Positions 9,091 through 18,772 of a DNA stretch of 64,000 bases are shown piece after piece. This stretch comes from a virus. Each line of letters starts with the position of its first letter. Positions within the stretch are counted from its first letter, which is position 1. Where the stretch lies: positions 45,052 to 109,051 of the IMG/VR virus record IMGVR_UViG_3300047498_000060; one strand, 5' to 3'. The notes beneath the pieces were generated by a model. The model had not been told where the DNA came from. It saw only the letters and a list, made by a program, of their open reading frames with translations, and did not search any database. The translations under genes and the position numbers were made by a program.

Positions 9091-9729
9091 TTACCTGTTC
9101 GAGCCCGGCGGGGCTTTGTGTGGATTCACTGCAAGCTCTGCGAAGTGCGCTTCGAGCTCCTGTTTGAACGCCTCGATGATAGTTGGCTTGTTCTTGTGGA
9201 TCTCTGCGGCTACCTGTCGGTCCTTTTCTTCTGCCTCAAGCTCTGCTTTGAGCAGCGATTGGAAACGCGGGAAGATGACGTTGCAGAACTGGGTACACTG
9301 AACCTCGGGAACCTGGATGAAGTGGCGACCTGCCTCCTCGAGGTGCGTGAACTCCATCCAGTCGTCGAAGCCTGCCTCCTCGTCGAGGTCGAAGGACAAC
9401 CCACTCTCCGGATCTTCTCCCTTGAGAAGCTTCTCCTCGAACATCTTCTCTTCGGGGTCCTCGAGCTTGCTCGCTGCCGCACGAATAGAGGCGATCGACG
9501 CCACGGAGTCGTAGACCCGCCTGTCCGAGCGGCCGAACATCAGCTTCTCGAACAGGTAGTCCGGGCGCATGCCGAGGAGGAACGCACGGAACTCCTTCCC
9601 AGGCTGCGACCATACGTAGACGTAGTTTCCGCGGTCGCTCGCCGTCGAGAAGAAGCCGGTCTCGAGGTCCAGTACGATGAGAGCCCAATCTTCGCCGTTT
9701 ACGTTGTCGACCTTGTACTTCTTCAGCAT
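9091..9729 (-). CDS. Hypothetical phage protein
   Basis: GAGG RBS; SDRGNYVYVW motif; strong codon bias. Confidence 0.65.
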   Translation of the reverse strand: MLKKYKVDNVNGEDWALIVLDLETGFFSTASDRGNYVYVWSQPGKEFRAFLLGMRPDYLFEKLMFGRSDRRVYDSVASIASIRAAASKLEDPEEKMFEEKLLKGEDPESGLSFDLDEEAGFDDWMEFTHLEEAGRHFIQVPEVQCTQFCNVIFPRFQSLLKAELEAEEKDRQVAAEIHKNKPTIIEAFKQELEAHFAELAVNPHKAPPGSNR

Positions 9730-9731
9730 GT

Positions 9732-9995
9732 TCACCTCTTGCACTTGATGCCCGAGTCGTCTGCTCCTGCATCCACCTTGTACTCGGCCATCGCGTCAAC
9801 CACGGCGCAGTACGCCGCGCGGACTTCCTGACCCTCGATAGACTCTGCGCCAGTGTGCTGGTACGCCAGTCCGTCGTCCGTGCGCGCGTTCATGAGGTCC
9901 TTCACTGCCTTGGGCGAGAGCACGGCTCCGCCACCGCAGCCGGCGAGGAAGCTGAGGATGGCGGTGTACGTGAGGGTCCACTTGAATTTCTTCAT
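9732..9995 (-). CDS. Predicted lipoprotein
   Basis: MKKFKW + hydrophobic stretch + LAGC lipobox; AAGGAG RBS. Confidence 0.7.
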   Translation of the reverse strand: MKKFKWTLTYTAILSFLAGCGGGAVLSPKAVKDLMNARTDDGLAYQHTGAESIEGQEVRAAYCAVVDAMAEYKVDAGADDSGIKCKR

Positions 9996-10024
9996 GGGAG
10001 CTCCTTCGACATTGTAAGAGAACG

Positions 10025-10252
10025 TCAGCATGTTCGGTCCGGCACTGCTGCGGCCATCTCGTCGCTGGTGCACTGCTCACGCCAGCAGAGCTGACACCAG
10101 GCGATGCCCACGATACTGCTGACGTTGTGGGGCAGGGAGAGTGGGACGGTGACGCGGACCCTGGCGTTACCTGCGAGCAGCCTCACGCCGCACTTGCAGC
10201 AGACGTGGTCGACCTGCAGCGTGACGAGCTTCGGCTCGGGCGCTTCTCTCAT
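10025..10252 (-). CDS. Small CxxC protein
   Basis: CCKCG and WCQLC pairs; ATGA coupling. Confidence 0.5.
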   Translation of the reverse strand: MREAPEPKLVTLQVDHVCCKCGVRLLAGNARVRVTVPLSLPHNVSSIVGIAWCQLCWREQCTSDEMAAAVPDRTC

Positions 10253-10680
10253 CCGTTCCCCCCTCGATGCCACCGCGCGTTGCGCAGTCGGTTGGTGTAC
10301 TCGGCGACCCAGGCCATAGCCTCCTGTACCGTCGGGAAGCGACCGATGGTGTCGTGCACACCGGCGAGTATCTGGATGGCGTAGTCGTGGACGTACTGCG
10401 TGGGCGGGAAGTTCAGTGGCGCGTACGTCTGCAGCGCGTCGACGAGCCGCTGGTAGGTTGCCTGACTTGGGCTCCCGTTCTTCTGTGACTCTGAGAGCAC
10501 CAGCCAGGCCGCGTTTGCTACGCGCTCGGTATCCCGCCAGCTACGCATGAACTCGATGAACTTCTCGGCGAGCTGCTCCTGCGTGAGCGTCTTGGTGAAG
10601 TACTCCTTTACCTGCGCCTCGTCTGCGGCCTCGTATCCACGAATCTCATCGATGGGCATCCGTCGTTGTTTTGCTGCCAT
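10249..10680 (-). CDS. Hypothetical protein
   Basis: GGAGG RBS before ATG 10680; ORF open to 10833. Confidence 0.55.
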   Translation of the reverse strand: MAAKQRRMPIDEIRGYEAADEAQVKEYFTKTLTQEQLAEKFIEFMRSWRDTERVANAAWLVLSESQKNGSPSQATYQRLVDALQTYAPLNFPPTQYVHDYAIQILAGVHDTIGRFPTVQEAMAWVAEYTNRLRNARWHRGGNG

Positions 10681-10759
10681 GATCCTCCATGGAGCGCGTG
10701 AAGCGTCCGAGATCCTTGTGCCGCAAGCCAGGCAGGAGTTGTAGGCGTAGCTCTCCTTT

Positions 10760-11428
10760 TCAGTAAAGCGTATCTCCTTCATCTCCGGGTTCTTCAAAAG
10801 ACACGCCGTCAGGAAGAGCGTACGACTCGTCATTGTCTGACGTAGCTACGGTGCGTGTCCGATAGCTGGTCGGTCTTCCGACACTCATTACGTGTCGTGG
10901 AGTCAGCTTTTTGATGTGAGCACGAGAGGTTTCTGGATCTAGGCCTAACTGTTCGCACACAACAAGGAAGCTGGTGCTCACCTTTTCCTCACGCACCCGT
11001 AGCGCCCAGCTTGGATGACCAGACGCCTCTACGAACAGCCACTCAAACGCCTGATCTGCGAGCTGTCTCTGCAGCAGTCGCGTACTGGACCGGTACAGCA
11101 CCCAGTCGAAGGCAGCGCGACGAATCAGCTCTAGCATCAACCCCCTGCAGCCTTCAACCTCCTGCCGCAGCAGCTCCTCTTCGTACGGGGTGCGCCGAAC
11201 GTAGGGGGTGCGTTCCACGGGCCGGCGGATGAGGATGACCTCGGGAGCCAAGGGCTCCGGGTCCCATGCCGAGGGAGCAAGCTCCACCTCAGGGAGGACC
11301 ACCAAGACCGGCGGCGGGACCACCACCGCACGCGCCGGAGGCAGGACAAGCTTAGGGGTGACGAGTCGCGTGTCCCTGGCGGCACCCAGAACCGCAGAAC
11401 GAATGAAGGCAGAAGGGGTAAGCAGCAC
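10760..11428 (-). CDS. Phage helical protein, possibly a transcription regulator
   Basis: LI..AA.DW...A.EWL...SFLVVCEQLGLDP pattern seen in phage regulators; Pro-rich N-terminus. Confidence 0.45.
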   Translation of the reverse strand: MLLTPSAFIRSAVLGAARDTRLVTPKLVLPPARAVVVPPPVLVVLPEVELAPSAWDPEPLAPEVILIRRPVERTPYVRRTPYEEELLRQEVEGCRGLMLELIRRAAFDWVLYRSSTRLLQRQLADQAFEWLFVEASGHPSWALRVREEKVSTSFLVVCEQLGLDPETSRAHIKKLTPRHVMSVGRPTSYRTRTVATSDNDESYALPDGVSFEEPGDEGDTLY

Positions 11429-11431
11429 GGG

Positions 11432-12343
11432 TCAAGGGGCCGTGACAACGACATCGAGTGGTTGCCCTAGAATCGGGGCGTAGGGAAAGCTGACGACGCT
11501 CCGGTCCGTGCGCTTCAAGACGATCTGCGCGCTCCCCGGTGCTCCGGCCTGGAGTGTGATCGTTCGTTCACGCTGGTTCAGGATGAAGCCCACGACTCCT
11601 TGGTCGGTGGTGCTGTACCGGACGTCTCCGTATGCCGTACCTAGCTCTTGGCCGTCCGAGGCGAGAACCTGGATGCCGATAGTCTGACTCGTCCCCGCAA
11701 CCAGTGAGTAGGGTGGAGGCGGATCGAGTACCACCTCCACCACACGCGGGAAGATGAGGTCCGGCATGTTCACGTTCGGCTGATCAGGCACTGTGATCGT
11801 CCGGGTGATGTCTTCCTCTCCCTGGATGGTCACATCGTACTGCGCGTTCCTGAAGAGGCTGACCTGCGCATACCCTGTCCGGTCGGAGGAGATGACGACG
11901 CGTTCCTTCAGGACTGCTGAGCCGTCGACCAGGAGCGGATCGAATTTCGCCACGAAGTGGATCTGAATACCCTTCTGTGGAGCGCCCGTCATGTCACGGA
12001 AGTAACCTGAGGCTACACAGAGACGGATGTCGTTGGCATCCGGCGGCTGCATGATGGTGCCGACGACGTTGAACTCGTTCGCTACCGGAGGTATGGGCGC
12101 CGAAACGACCTGAAGGTACTGCGGCAAGGCGAACGATGTCCCGAACCGGTAAGCGCGCAGCTGGTACGTGGTGCTAGGAGCCGTTACAGGCAGAAGAAAA
12201 CCGACGTGACCGTTCACATCGGTCGCCCCCATCGTGAAGGCCTGCGTCCCATCCTGGGACAGAATCTTGACGACCGCCCCAGCGAGTGGGTTCGCGTTCG
12301 GTGTCGAATCAAGCAGAAAAATATCGACCGATTCAAACGTCAC
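11432..12343 (-). CDS. Probable virion structural protein (transthyretin/carboxypeptidase-regulatory-like beta domains)
   Basis: Beta-rich; GATDVNGHVGF and SSDRTGYAQVSL repeats. Confidence 0.55.
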   Translation of the reverse strand: MTFESVDIFLLDSTPNANPLAGAVVKILSQDGTQAFTMGATDVNGHVGFLLPVTAPSTTYQLRAYRFGTSFALPQYLQVVSAPIPPVANEFNVVGTIMQPPDANDIRLCVASGYFRDMTGAPQKGIQIHFVAKFDPLLVDGSAVLKERVVISSDRTGYAQVSLFRNAQYDVTIQGEEDITRTITVPDQPNVNMPDLIFPRVVEVVLDPPPPYSLVAGTSQTIGIQVLASDGQELGTAYGDVRYSTTDQGVVGFILNQRERTITLQAGAPGSAQIVLKRTDRSVVSFPYAPILGQPLDVVVTAP

Positions 12344-12554
12344 GGGGCACCTGTTCTGACAGTCGCTGTATTAGCCCCATCGTCATGTTCCGACAAGAAC
12401 CATCGGGCATCGCAGGAAAGATGTCCAGGTAGACTTGAAGGGCTCGAAGAACGGCGAGAGCCTCCGCCTTCCGTCCTGGCTGGCTCTCCAGGTCTTTCGC
12501 GATAGCGAAGCAGTGCCGGAACACGTCCTTGGTCTGCTGGGACGACATGAGCAC
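12333..12554 (-). CDS. Hypothetical protein
   Basis: GAGGTG RBS. Confidence 0.5.
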   Translation of the reverse strand: MLMSSQQTKDVFRHCFAIAKDLESQPGRKAEALAVLRALQVYLDIFPAMPDGSCRNMTMGLIQRLSEQVPRDV

Positions 12555-12583
12555 CTCACTTCGGCCGGTTCTTACGCGTGCGC

Positions 12584-13588
12584 CTAGAAACTCCTGCGTA
12601 CGGCAAAGTCTAGTTGCCGTGCCTGCACGGTGAACAAGTCGTCCTTCCCCGTGGAGGGACTGAGCAGATCCAGCGTCAGAATCGAAGGGTCGTTCGGAAT
12701 GCAGACATCGCGGGCGAGCGCGGTCCCCCCGATGGCCACCGTGACCTTGACGCCACGAGTCAGAAGGATCTGGGCGCGCCCTGTACGGTCGGTGAGGAGC
12801 TTGGTGCTGCCCCCGAGAATGGTCGTGCCTCCCACCTGAAGCCCCTGCGTATCTGCGGTGCTGATGAGAACCTCCTGGTTGACTGAGGGATTCCCGCTGG
12901 AATCCGCGAGCTGCACGAAGCAGGCAACCAGTCGATTTGCGTTGAAGAGTGGCGCGTTTGGCCCCTGGAGAGGGAGGCTGAAGTCGCTGCCGAGGCGCTT
13001 GGTCGAGTTCCAGAAGCGGGTCTCATAGAAGAACTCGGGGCTCCCGAAGGCGTCGACGAAGCCATACTGGGCCTGCTGTGGGACCAGCAGAATGCGGGCG
13101 TCTTGGCCGTAGGCGATGGACTCAAAGCCAGTGACTGCTAGCCCAAGGAAGGGCGCAGCCTGCCCGCCGGTGCACTGCAGGGAGGTGATGGCTCCCGCGC
13201 GCTTGGTCTGCACCACGAGAGTGGGACCTGACGAGTAGCTAATGAGAAAGTTCGAGGCTGCCGTAGCGACCGCTGCGACAACTGAGGCCATGGAGACGAA
13301 CCCCGAGCCCGGGATGACTACCGAGACGGGGTACTGGTCCATGGCCAGGAACTGGAGGTCGAGCCCACCCACATTGACCAGCTGGGCACCGTTGTCGGGA
13401 GCTCCCGCGAAGTTGAGCGGGAGAGATGCTGGCGCCCAGGTGTCTCCGTGTAGGGCCTCGTAAGGCCCCTCGGGAGTCTGCCTGGAACGCCAGACTTCAA
13501 GGCGGTCGTACCCCTGCCAGCTTGCCGGCTCGAACACGAAGTTGAGCGGGAGCTGCTGAGTGATGACAGGGGACGACCGGCGCGTCAT
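12584..13588 (-). CDS. Probable virion structural protein
   Basis: C-terminal domain paralogous to 11432-12343; middle domain resembles sheath insertion repeat. Confidence 0.55.
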   Translation of the reverse strand: MTRRSSPVITQQLPLNFVFEPASWQGYDRLEVWRSRQTPEGPYEALHGDTWAPASLPLNFAGAPDNGAQLVNVGGLDLQFLAMDQYPVSVVIPGSGFVSMASVVAAVATAASNFLISYSSGPTLVVQTKRAGAITSLQCTGGQAAPFLGLAVTGFESIAYGQDARILLVPQQAQYGFVDAFGSPEFFYETRFWNSTKRLGSDFSLPLQGPNAPLFNANRLVACFVQLADSSGNPSVNQEVLISTADTQGLQVGGTTILGGSTKLLTDRTGRAQILLTRGVKVTVAIGGTALARDVCIPNDPSILTLDLLSPSTGKDDLFTVQARQLDFAVRRSF

Positions 13589-13974
13589 GGGGCCGCCATT
13601 TCGACGGGTTCCACCACGACAGGGGGAGAGAGCTCAGCCTCAAGCTCGGTAGGGGTCGACGGCGCCGCGGGCGCGGCAGGTGATGGGCGCGGCGGGAGAG
13701 AGGGCACCATGATCGTTCCGTCCTCCTTCAGCTGCGTGCCGGGCCCAAGCGGGACCTTGTACTTCAGCTGCATCTGCGCCTGTAGTGTGACGAGCTGGTT
13801 GTTCACCTCTCGGCGCAACGCGTCGGCGTCTCGCAACGAGACTGCGGCCAGGTCGTACGTTTTCTGCGCGTTCACGAGTCGAAGAGCCGCGTTCTCCAGA
13901 CGGAGGCGGTCCCCTTCTTCGATCTTCACGCCGCTGGGCACGAGTGGCCCAGATACCTGCATGCTTTCGTTCAT
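13585..13974 (-). CDS. Coiled-coil hypothetical protein
   Basis: GGGAG RBS; heptad-rich segment, Pro-rich tail. Confidence 0.55.
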   Translation of the reverse strand: MNESMQVSGPLVPSGVKIEEGDRLRLENAALRLVNAQKTYDLAAVSLRDADALRREVNNQLVTLQAQMQLKYKVPLGPGTQLKEDGTIMVPSLPPRPSPAAPAAPSTPTELEAELSPPVVVEPVEMAAP

Positions 13975-14009
13975 GTAGCTCCCATTGTCCCGCGTGCGCT
14001 GTGAGCCCG

Positions 14010-14231
14010 TCAACTTCCCCCGGTGAGGAAGTCGCTGATGGAGCTCACAACGAGCGCGGATGTTGTGTCGACCGCGGATTTCGGAAGAGATGCAGAACCG
14101 GTGCGGCCGGTGAGGATGTTCTGCAACACGGTGACCTGGTTGTTGATGGTCGTGGTCTGGGAGGTAGCCCAGGCCTTTGTCGCTGCGACCAGGGCGTCGA
14201 GACGGGCGTCACGGGCTGCTGCATCGGCCAT
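14010..14231 (-). CDS. Small A/T/S-rich protein, probably structural; leaderless
   Basis: TAGACT 6 nt before ATG; no SD. Confidence 0.55.
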   Translation of the reverse strand: MADAAARDARLDALVAATKAWATSQTTTINNQVTVLQNILTGRTGSASLPKSAVDTTSALVVSSISDFLTGGS

Positions 14232-14235
14232 GGAA

Positions 14236-14640
14236 CTAGTCTACCTCAGTTTTCGCCTTGCGCGCGTTCGGACATCCGCGCTCGTGGGTGGCGACGTTGT
14301 TCACGACAAGTGATGCGCACTGCGAGCACCTGACGTGGATAGCCTCATCATCATCCGACCAGGAGCTTTGGTCGAAGCCTTGTTTTCTTAGCTGCTCGAG
14401 GCGGTTCATTTCTTCTGCCAATCCTTGGGGAGGAAACCGCCTCGCGAGATCCAATCGTCGAGCGACTCGAAGGCGTCGGCCAGGTGACGCCTTCTTCTTG
14501 TCTGGGTCCTTCGCTGTGCGTGCCGCCGTAGCAGCGCAGACGCAGCCCTTACACCAAGGGAATAGCCCATCGGGTCTTCGCTTGTCCTTGGGGAATGGGC
14601 CGGTGCTGCCGCACTTTGTACACCGCTTCTCAAGCATCAA
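14236..14640 (-). pseudogene. Homing-endonuclease N-terminal Zn-finger remnant fused to small CSQC..HERGCPN protein
   Basis: KRCTKCG...WCKGC without catalytic domain, then a distinct C-terminal Cys/His motif. Confidence 0.45.
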
Positions 14641-15796
14641 CAGAACCTAGCGCTCCTGCTAGAAGCTTTCCAGCCTCCCGTTGTAGTTCCAGCTTACGAT
14701 CCTGATCCTCCGTCTTCGTGGCCACGATACCCAGCGCCGCCGCTGCCCAGTACGCATTCGGTACGCGAGCGCCGTCCGGGTCGTAGCTCACAGGAGGCAG
14801 ATCCATGATCCCGCCGTGGTCTGCCTCTTGCTGTAGCCACACAAGGTCGCTCTTGGTCAAAACGCCAGCCAAACGACCGCGTAACTTTGCCCATGGGATC
14901 TTTTCTTCGTGAGCAACGCGCAACGCAAGGAGCATGCGTTCCATTGTTTTCTCTGACAACTGAGCCGTTACGGCATCGCGGATAGCGGACGCCTGCGCAA
15001 TCACTTCCTTGCGGGCTGTATCGTCGCTGATCTCGAGGTCGCTGTCCGTGATGATGCTGCCTAGATGAACACGGCTGATTGTTTCATCCAACACCGCACT
15101 CGTGCCTGTTTTGATCCGCCACACAGTTTGGCAGACAGAAAGCTTGCCTGCCCCAAAGTCCGAGTTTCCCCACTCGACACCGATAGCCACATGTTCACCC
15201 GGAAACGCCTCGAAAACCATCGGCATCAAGCACTTGAGCGAGCAACGTACTGGCGAACTCGTGGCTTCGACAGGCTTGGCCCCCGCTTCCGTGCAGGCGC
15301 TAATAAAAGCGCGCAGCAGCGGTGCGCTAGCTAGGTGCCTGTTGTACCTCTGGCTCAAGAATCCGCGAAGCTCGTCGTTGACCGTGCGATGGAGGAAGCG
15401 CGCGGGCGCACCGCTGCGGTCCTTGAACTCCTGCATGGAGAAGAGCTCGCGCAGGTTGTTCGCGAGGAGGTGCAGACGCGGGAGCTTCTCCTCTGCGCGG
15501 GGCGGCGTCAACAGGCTGTTCGTGAAGTTCATCGGCATCGTAGCCTTCTGACACAGCTGGCCCAGGGCATGGCGGTGGATGCCCACGTCCTTCGAGCCGT
15601 CGTACCGGATGCGCAGGCTCTCGATTACGCCGCTCACGAAGAACGTCATCCTCTCGACGGGCACCAGCTTGTCGACGATGAGCGTGTTCGCCACCACCGT
15701 GACCAGTGCGTCCTCCTGGAGCTTACCCGCGGCGAACCGCTTCATGAGGTCGTTCTGCGATTTCTCGTACGTGTCGAACAATCCTACTTGTTGCAT
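14630..15796 (-). CDS. DUF932-like phage protein
   Basis: HALGQL, LRGFLSQRYNR, GNSDFGAGKLSV motifs; AGGAG RBS. Confidence 0.55.
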   Translation of the reverse strand: MQQVGLFDTYEKSQNDLMKRFAAGKLQEDALVTVVANTLIVDKLVPVERMTFFVSGVIESLRIRYDGSKDVGIHRHALGQLCQKATMPMNFTNSLLTPPRAEEKLPRLHLLANNLRELFSMQEFKDRSGAPARFLHRTVNDELRGFLSQRYNRHLASAPLLRAFISACTEAGAKPVEATSSPVRCSLKCLMPMVFEAFPGEHVAIGVEWGNSDFGAGKLSVCQTVWRIKTGTSAVLDETISRVHLGSIITDSDLEISDDTARKEVIAQASAIRDAVTAQLSEKTMERMLLALRVAHEEKIPWAKLRGRLAGVLTKSDLVWLQQEADHGGIMDLPPVSYDPDGARVPNAYWAAAALGIVATKTEDQDRKLELQREAGKLLAGALGSVDA

Positions 15797-15814
15797 CGCT
15801 CTCCTAAAAAGAAA

Positions 15815-15845
15815 GCGGCGCACCCGGGTTAGCCGGATGCGCCGC
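15815..15845 (-). terminator. Intrinsic terminator
   Basis: 13-bp stem (one wobble) followed by TTTCTTTTT on minus strand. Confidence 0.75.
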
Positions 15846-15882
15846 GGGTAGAACGCCGTACTGGCGTTACAGACCTTGTACC

Positions 15883-16149
15883 TTACTTCTTTCTCTTCTT
15901 GTAGCGCGTCGCGATCTGCTCACCCTGCTGGCGCACAGTGATGAGGAAGAGGCGGAAAGCGTACGCGTCCTCCTCGTTCTTGAAGTAGGCGATGAAGGCG
16001 TCGTCCTCATCCCAGACCCCCCACCAGCCTTCGGGCCATACATCAGCGATGTCTACGGTTAGGCACTCTTCGCGTTCGGAAGGCTCAGCTACTCCAACGC
16101 CTTCTTCAAGTAGATACTCAAGGTGATGCCTTCGCGGCAGCTCTCTCAT
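15883..16149 (-). CDS. Hypothetical protein
   Basis: ATGA coupling; W/F-rich conserved-looking C-terminus. Confidence 0.55.
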   Translation of the reverse strand: MRELPRRHHLEYLLEEGVGVAEPSEREECLTVDIADVWPEGWWGVWDEDDAFIAYFKNEEDAYAFRLFLITVRQQGEQIATRYKKRKK

Positions 16150-16382
16150 GCCTGACCTACGACCTGCTTCTTGCCGAAGATCGTGTCCCAGTTACTCCGG
16201 TACTGCGGGGTCGCCACCTGCGCAGGACCGTCGCTTGTCGCCGCGTTCTCCGCCTCATGTCCGTCGATGGCGTCAGCGAACTCCGTGAACAACGCCTTGG
16301 CAGGACACTCGTCCTGGTGCACGGCAGCTTCTCGTCTCAGAACTGCGGCTACGGGATGCTCTTTCTTCTTGTCGTCACTCAT
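16146..16382 (-). CDS. Hypothetical protein
   Basis: Coupled to sigma gene; YRSNWDTIFGKK motif. Confidence 0.55.
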   Translation of the reverse strand: MSDDKKKEHPVAAVLRREAAVHQDECPAKALFTEFADAIDGHEAENAATSDGPAQVATPQYRSNWDTIFGKKQVVGQA

Positions 16383-17214
16383 TCGCCTGCCCTGGGTTCA
16401 GCTTCTTCATCAGGATGACACCCATCTGCGTCTTCATGCGTGCGATCTGGCTGTCAGACTTGCCCATCTTCTTCGCGAGGGCGCCGGTGCGCGTGATCTT
16501 GGGGTGGTCGTTCTTTCCGAAGGTGTAGTTGAACAGTGTGTGCATGTCCGGCTTATTTGGGAAGAGAGTGTGCAGGGTGTTGGCGGCGAGCTCGAGCTGC
16601 TGCTCCTCGAACGCGCGTCCCCCAACGTTGGAACCGGGGGTGTAGTCGAACTCCTCGGCGCCGGCGAACATGCCTGCGGGGATGTCTCGACGCTGCGCCT
16701 TCTGGATCTCTCCGATGAGCTTCGGCGTCAGCTTCCGGAAGTCGTGGTCCGGGTCACGCAGCATGTGCGTGTGGATCTCGTCATTCGTCGGCTCGCGCCC
16801 GAGCTCGTCGAGCAATGCGTCCTTTGCCCGGTTGATGTGCCCGATGTACCTGGCCTTCTCCTCGGGGATGTAGCCGGTGTTCTGGTGCTTGTTGTTGTAG
16901 CGCTGCACCTTGATGAGGTGGTTCTCGACGTGCGTATTGAGCGCAGCACCCTTCGTCGGATCGTACGTCCTGAATGCCTCTATGGCGTGCTTCTGGAGCT
17001 GGGAGCGGAACGCGCTCTCCGGCACCATCGGGGCCTTCCAGGTCGAGACTTTCCTAGTGAAGACTGGTGCGTAGAGCTTGAGGAGTGGATCGAGATCCGT
17101 CGGCTTCTGACCGTTCTCTTTCCACTTCTGCCACAACGTGAGCTCGTGCTGCTTACGTGCTGATGGGGCCCCGGCCTCTTTCGAGCCCAGGTACTCACTG
17201 AGCGGATTGCTCAT
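16375..17214 (-). CDS. Phage sigma-70-family factor
   Basis: Region 2 AIEAFRTYDPTKGAALNTHV, region 3 ELGREPTNDEI, region 4 HTH ALAKKMGKSDSQIARMK. Confidence 0.82.
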   Translation of the reverse strand: MSNPLSEYLGSKEAGAPSARKQHELTLWQKWKENGQKPTDLDPLLKLYAPVFTRKVSTWKAPMVPESAFRSQLQKHAIEAFRTYDPTKGAALNTHVENHLIKVQRYNNKHQNTGYIPEEKARYIGHINRAKDALLDELGREPTNDEIHTHMLRDPDHDFRKLTPKLIGEIQKAQRRDIPAGMFAGAEEFDYTPGSNVGGRAFEEQQLELAANTLHTLFPNKPDMHTLFNYTFGKNDHPKITRTGALAKKMGKSDSQIARMKTQMGVILMKKLNPGQANE

Positions 17215-17224
17215 GGGAATCCTT

Positions 17225-17632
17225 CTAGCGGTGACCCACGACGCGCATGACAGCATCGGTGAGGGTCTCGCTTGCATCCTTCTCGGAATGCTCCGCCACG
17301 GGCAAACGCCCACGCTGGAGGAGCGGACTGTGCGGATGGCCGTCGCGAGCGTTCTCGAAGAGCTCGGACATCAGGGCCTGCGCGGGGGAAGCCGAGGTGC
17401 CGGGCGAGTCGAAGAGGCGCTCGATCATGTCGGCGCGCGTGTCCTTCGCCGCGCGCATGACGCCCTTGCTGTAGATGTCTGGGTAACCGTTGGCGCCCTC
17501 GGGCGGTGCGTCGCCCCAGCGAGCATTCAACGTCCCCGGCTTCCGACCTTCGGGCTGCTCGTAGACGTTGTTCACGCTGACGTTCGTGTCGTCGAGGTTC
17601 GTCTCTGCGGCGTCGGCTTGCTTCTGGGTCAT
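17225..17632 (-). CDS. Hypothetical protein
   Basis: AGGAG RBS before ATG 17632. Confidence 0.55.
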   Translation of the reverse strand: MTQKQADAAETNLDDTNVSVNNVYEQPEGRKPGTLNARWGDAPPEGANGYPDIYSKGVMRAAKDTRADMIERLFDSPGTSASPAQALMSELFENARDGHPHSPLLQRGRLPVAEHSEKDASETLTDAVMRVVGHR

Positions 17633-17661
17633 GGCGGAGCTCCTGCTGGGATTGTACTCGG

Positions 17662-18117
17662 TCAGGGCGGGGGCTGGTAGGCCCAGGACTTGTTGCGTGC
17701 GTCCCAGCGATCGAAGCATGCGCGGCTGCAGAAGGTGTGGCTGCCGTTGCCGGTCAGGGGGATGAGGCACAGCCGGCAGACCCGCTCCGTCGGCGTCTCG
17801 TACATGACGACCTTCCTGGTCTCCTGGTTGTGCAGGTCCTTCTCCTGTGCGAGCTCGCGCTGCGCCTGGCGAAGCTCCTGCTCCAGCCTCTGGATGGAAG
17901 CTCTCATCGCCGCGATGACGGCCTGCTCGAAGTCGCCGGCGTAGAAGCGGATGTCCTTGTTCAGCCGCGCAACGACCGCTTCCTTCAAGGCCTCGTCGCT
18001 GTACTCCCCCTGCAGCGTGACGGCGAGATGCCGGTTCCCGTTCGCCAGCTCACTCACCTTCACACCGATGCAGTGCATGTCGATGCCCGGCGCGGACCGG
18101 TCTTCATTCATGATCAA
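17662..18117 (-). CDS. Coiled-coil protein with C-terminal CxxC/FCS Zn finger
   Basis: CRLC...FCSRAC; GGAGG RBS. Confidence 0.6.
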   Translation of the reverse strand: MIMNEDRSAPGIDMHCIGVKVSELANGNRHLAVTLQGEYSDEALKEAVVARLNKDIRFYAGDFEQAVIAAMRASIQRLEQELRQAQRELAQEKDLHNQETRKVVMYETPTERVCRLCLIPLTGNGSHTFCSRACFDRWDARNKSWAYQPPP

Positions 18118-18724
18118 GTTTCACCTCCAACAATCGTTTGCCTTGTTCCACCGCGAAGTCTGGACTGCCGTGCGTGTAGCAGACCTCGAAGAAGGCCTCG
18201 CCGATCTTGCGCGCGTTCGCGCAGGTGGGCTCTCGGCCATACGCTTGCGTAGCTACAACTCCACTCCGCACAGCGAGCAATACAAGCCTCGCTTTCTCCC
18301 GCTGCGCATCTGCCAGTTGTCTCGGGCCGCGCTGCTCTTCTCTCGTACCGAGCTTGAATGTGACGTGTGCAATCATGGCATCGTGGACGATCTGATCGAT
18401 CTTCCGTACCCAGAACTCGAGGTACTCTGGATCCAGCATGTCGCTACGCGAGGACATCATGTGGGCTTGCAGGTCCTTGACCTGCATGATCTGCCAGATG
18501 TTGCCTGAGACGAAGACCACGTTGAGGAAGAGGTTTGCTGCCATCCTTGCGCGTTGCTGCGTTCTAGTGAAGACGTGGGGGTTACGTAGCGAGTCCAGGC
18601 TCTCCGCCTCCTTCTCCACTGCCCTAACGAGTTCGCGTTGCCTCTCAAACGATTCAGAGAAGCTGGTTGTGAAGTGGGCGTCAGATGGAATGAGGGCGCA
18701 GTACGCCTCGAGCAGCGGACACAT
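18104..18724 (-). CDS. Hypothetical protein
   Basis: GAGGAGG RBS; preceded by promoter-like motif at 18765-18773. Confidence 0.55.
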   Translation of the reverse strand: MCPLLEAYCALIPSDAHFTTSFSESFERQRELVRAVEKEAESLDSLRNPHVFTRTQQRARMAANLFLNVVFVSGNIWQIMQVKDLQAHMMSSRSDMLDPEYLEFWVRKIDQIVHDAMIAHVTFKLGTREEQRGPRQLADAQREKARLVLLAVRSGVVATQAYGREPTCANARKIGEAFFEVCYTHGSPDFAVEQGKRLLEVKLDHE

Positions 18725-18772
18725 CGAGAAACCTCCTCGAGGGCAGCGTAAAGCCCTCGAAGTACTTATCCC

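Noticed and set aside
18736-18760. Hairpin TCGAGGGC/GCCCTCGA as a terminator or riboswitch
   Set aside because: No U-tract or CTTAGC; it may partly occlude the SD of the 18724 gene, but there is no further support.
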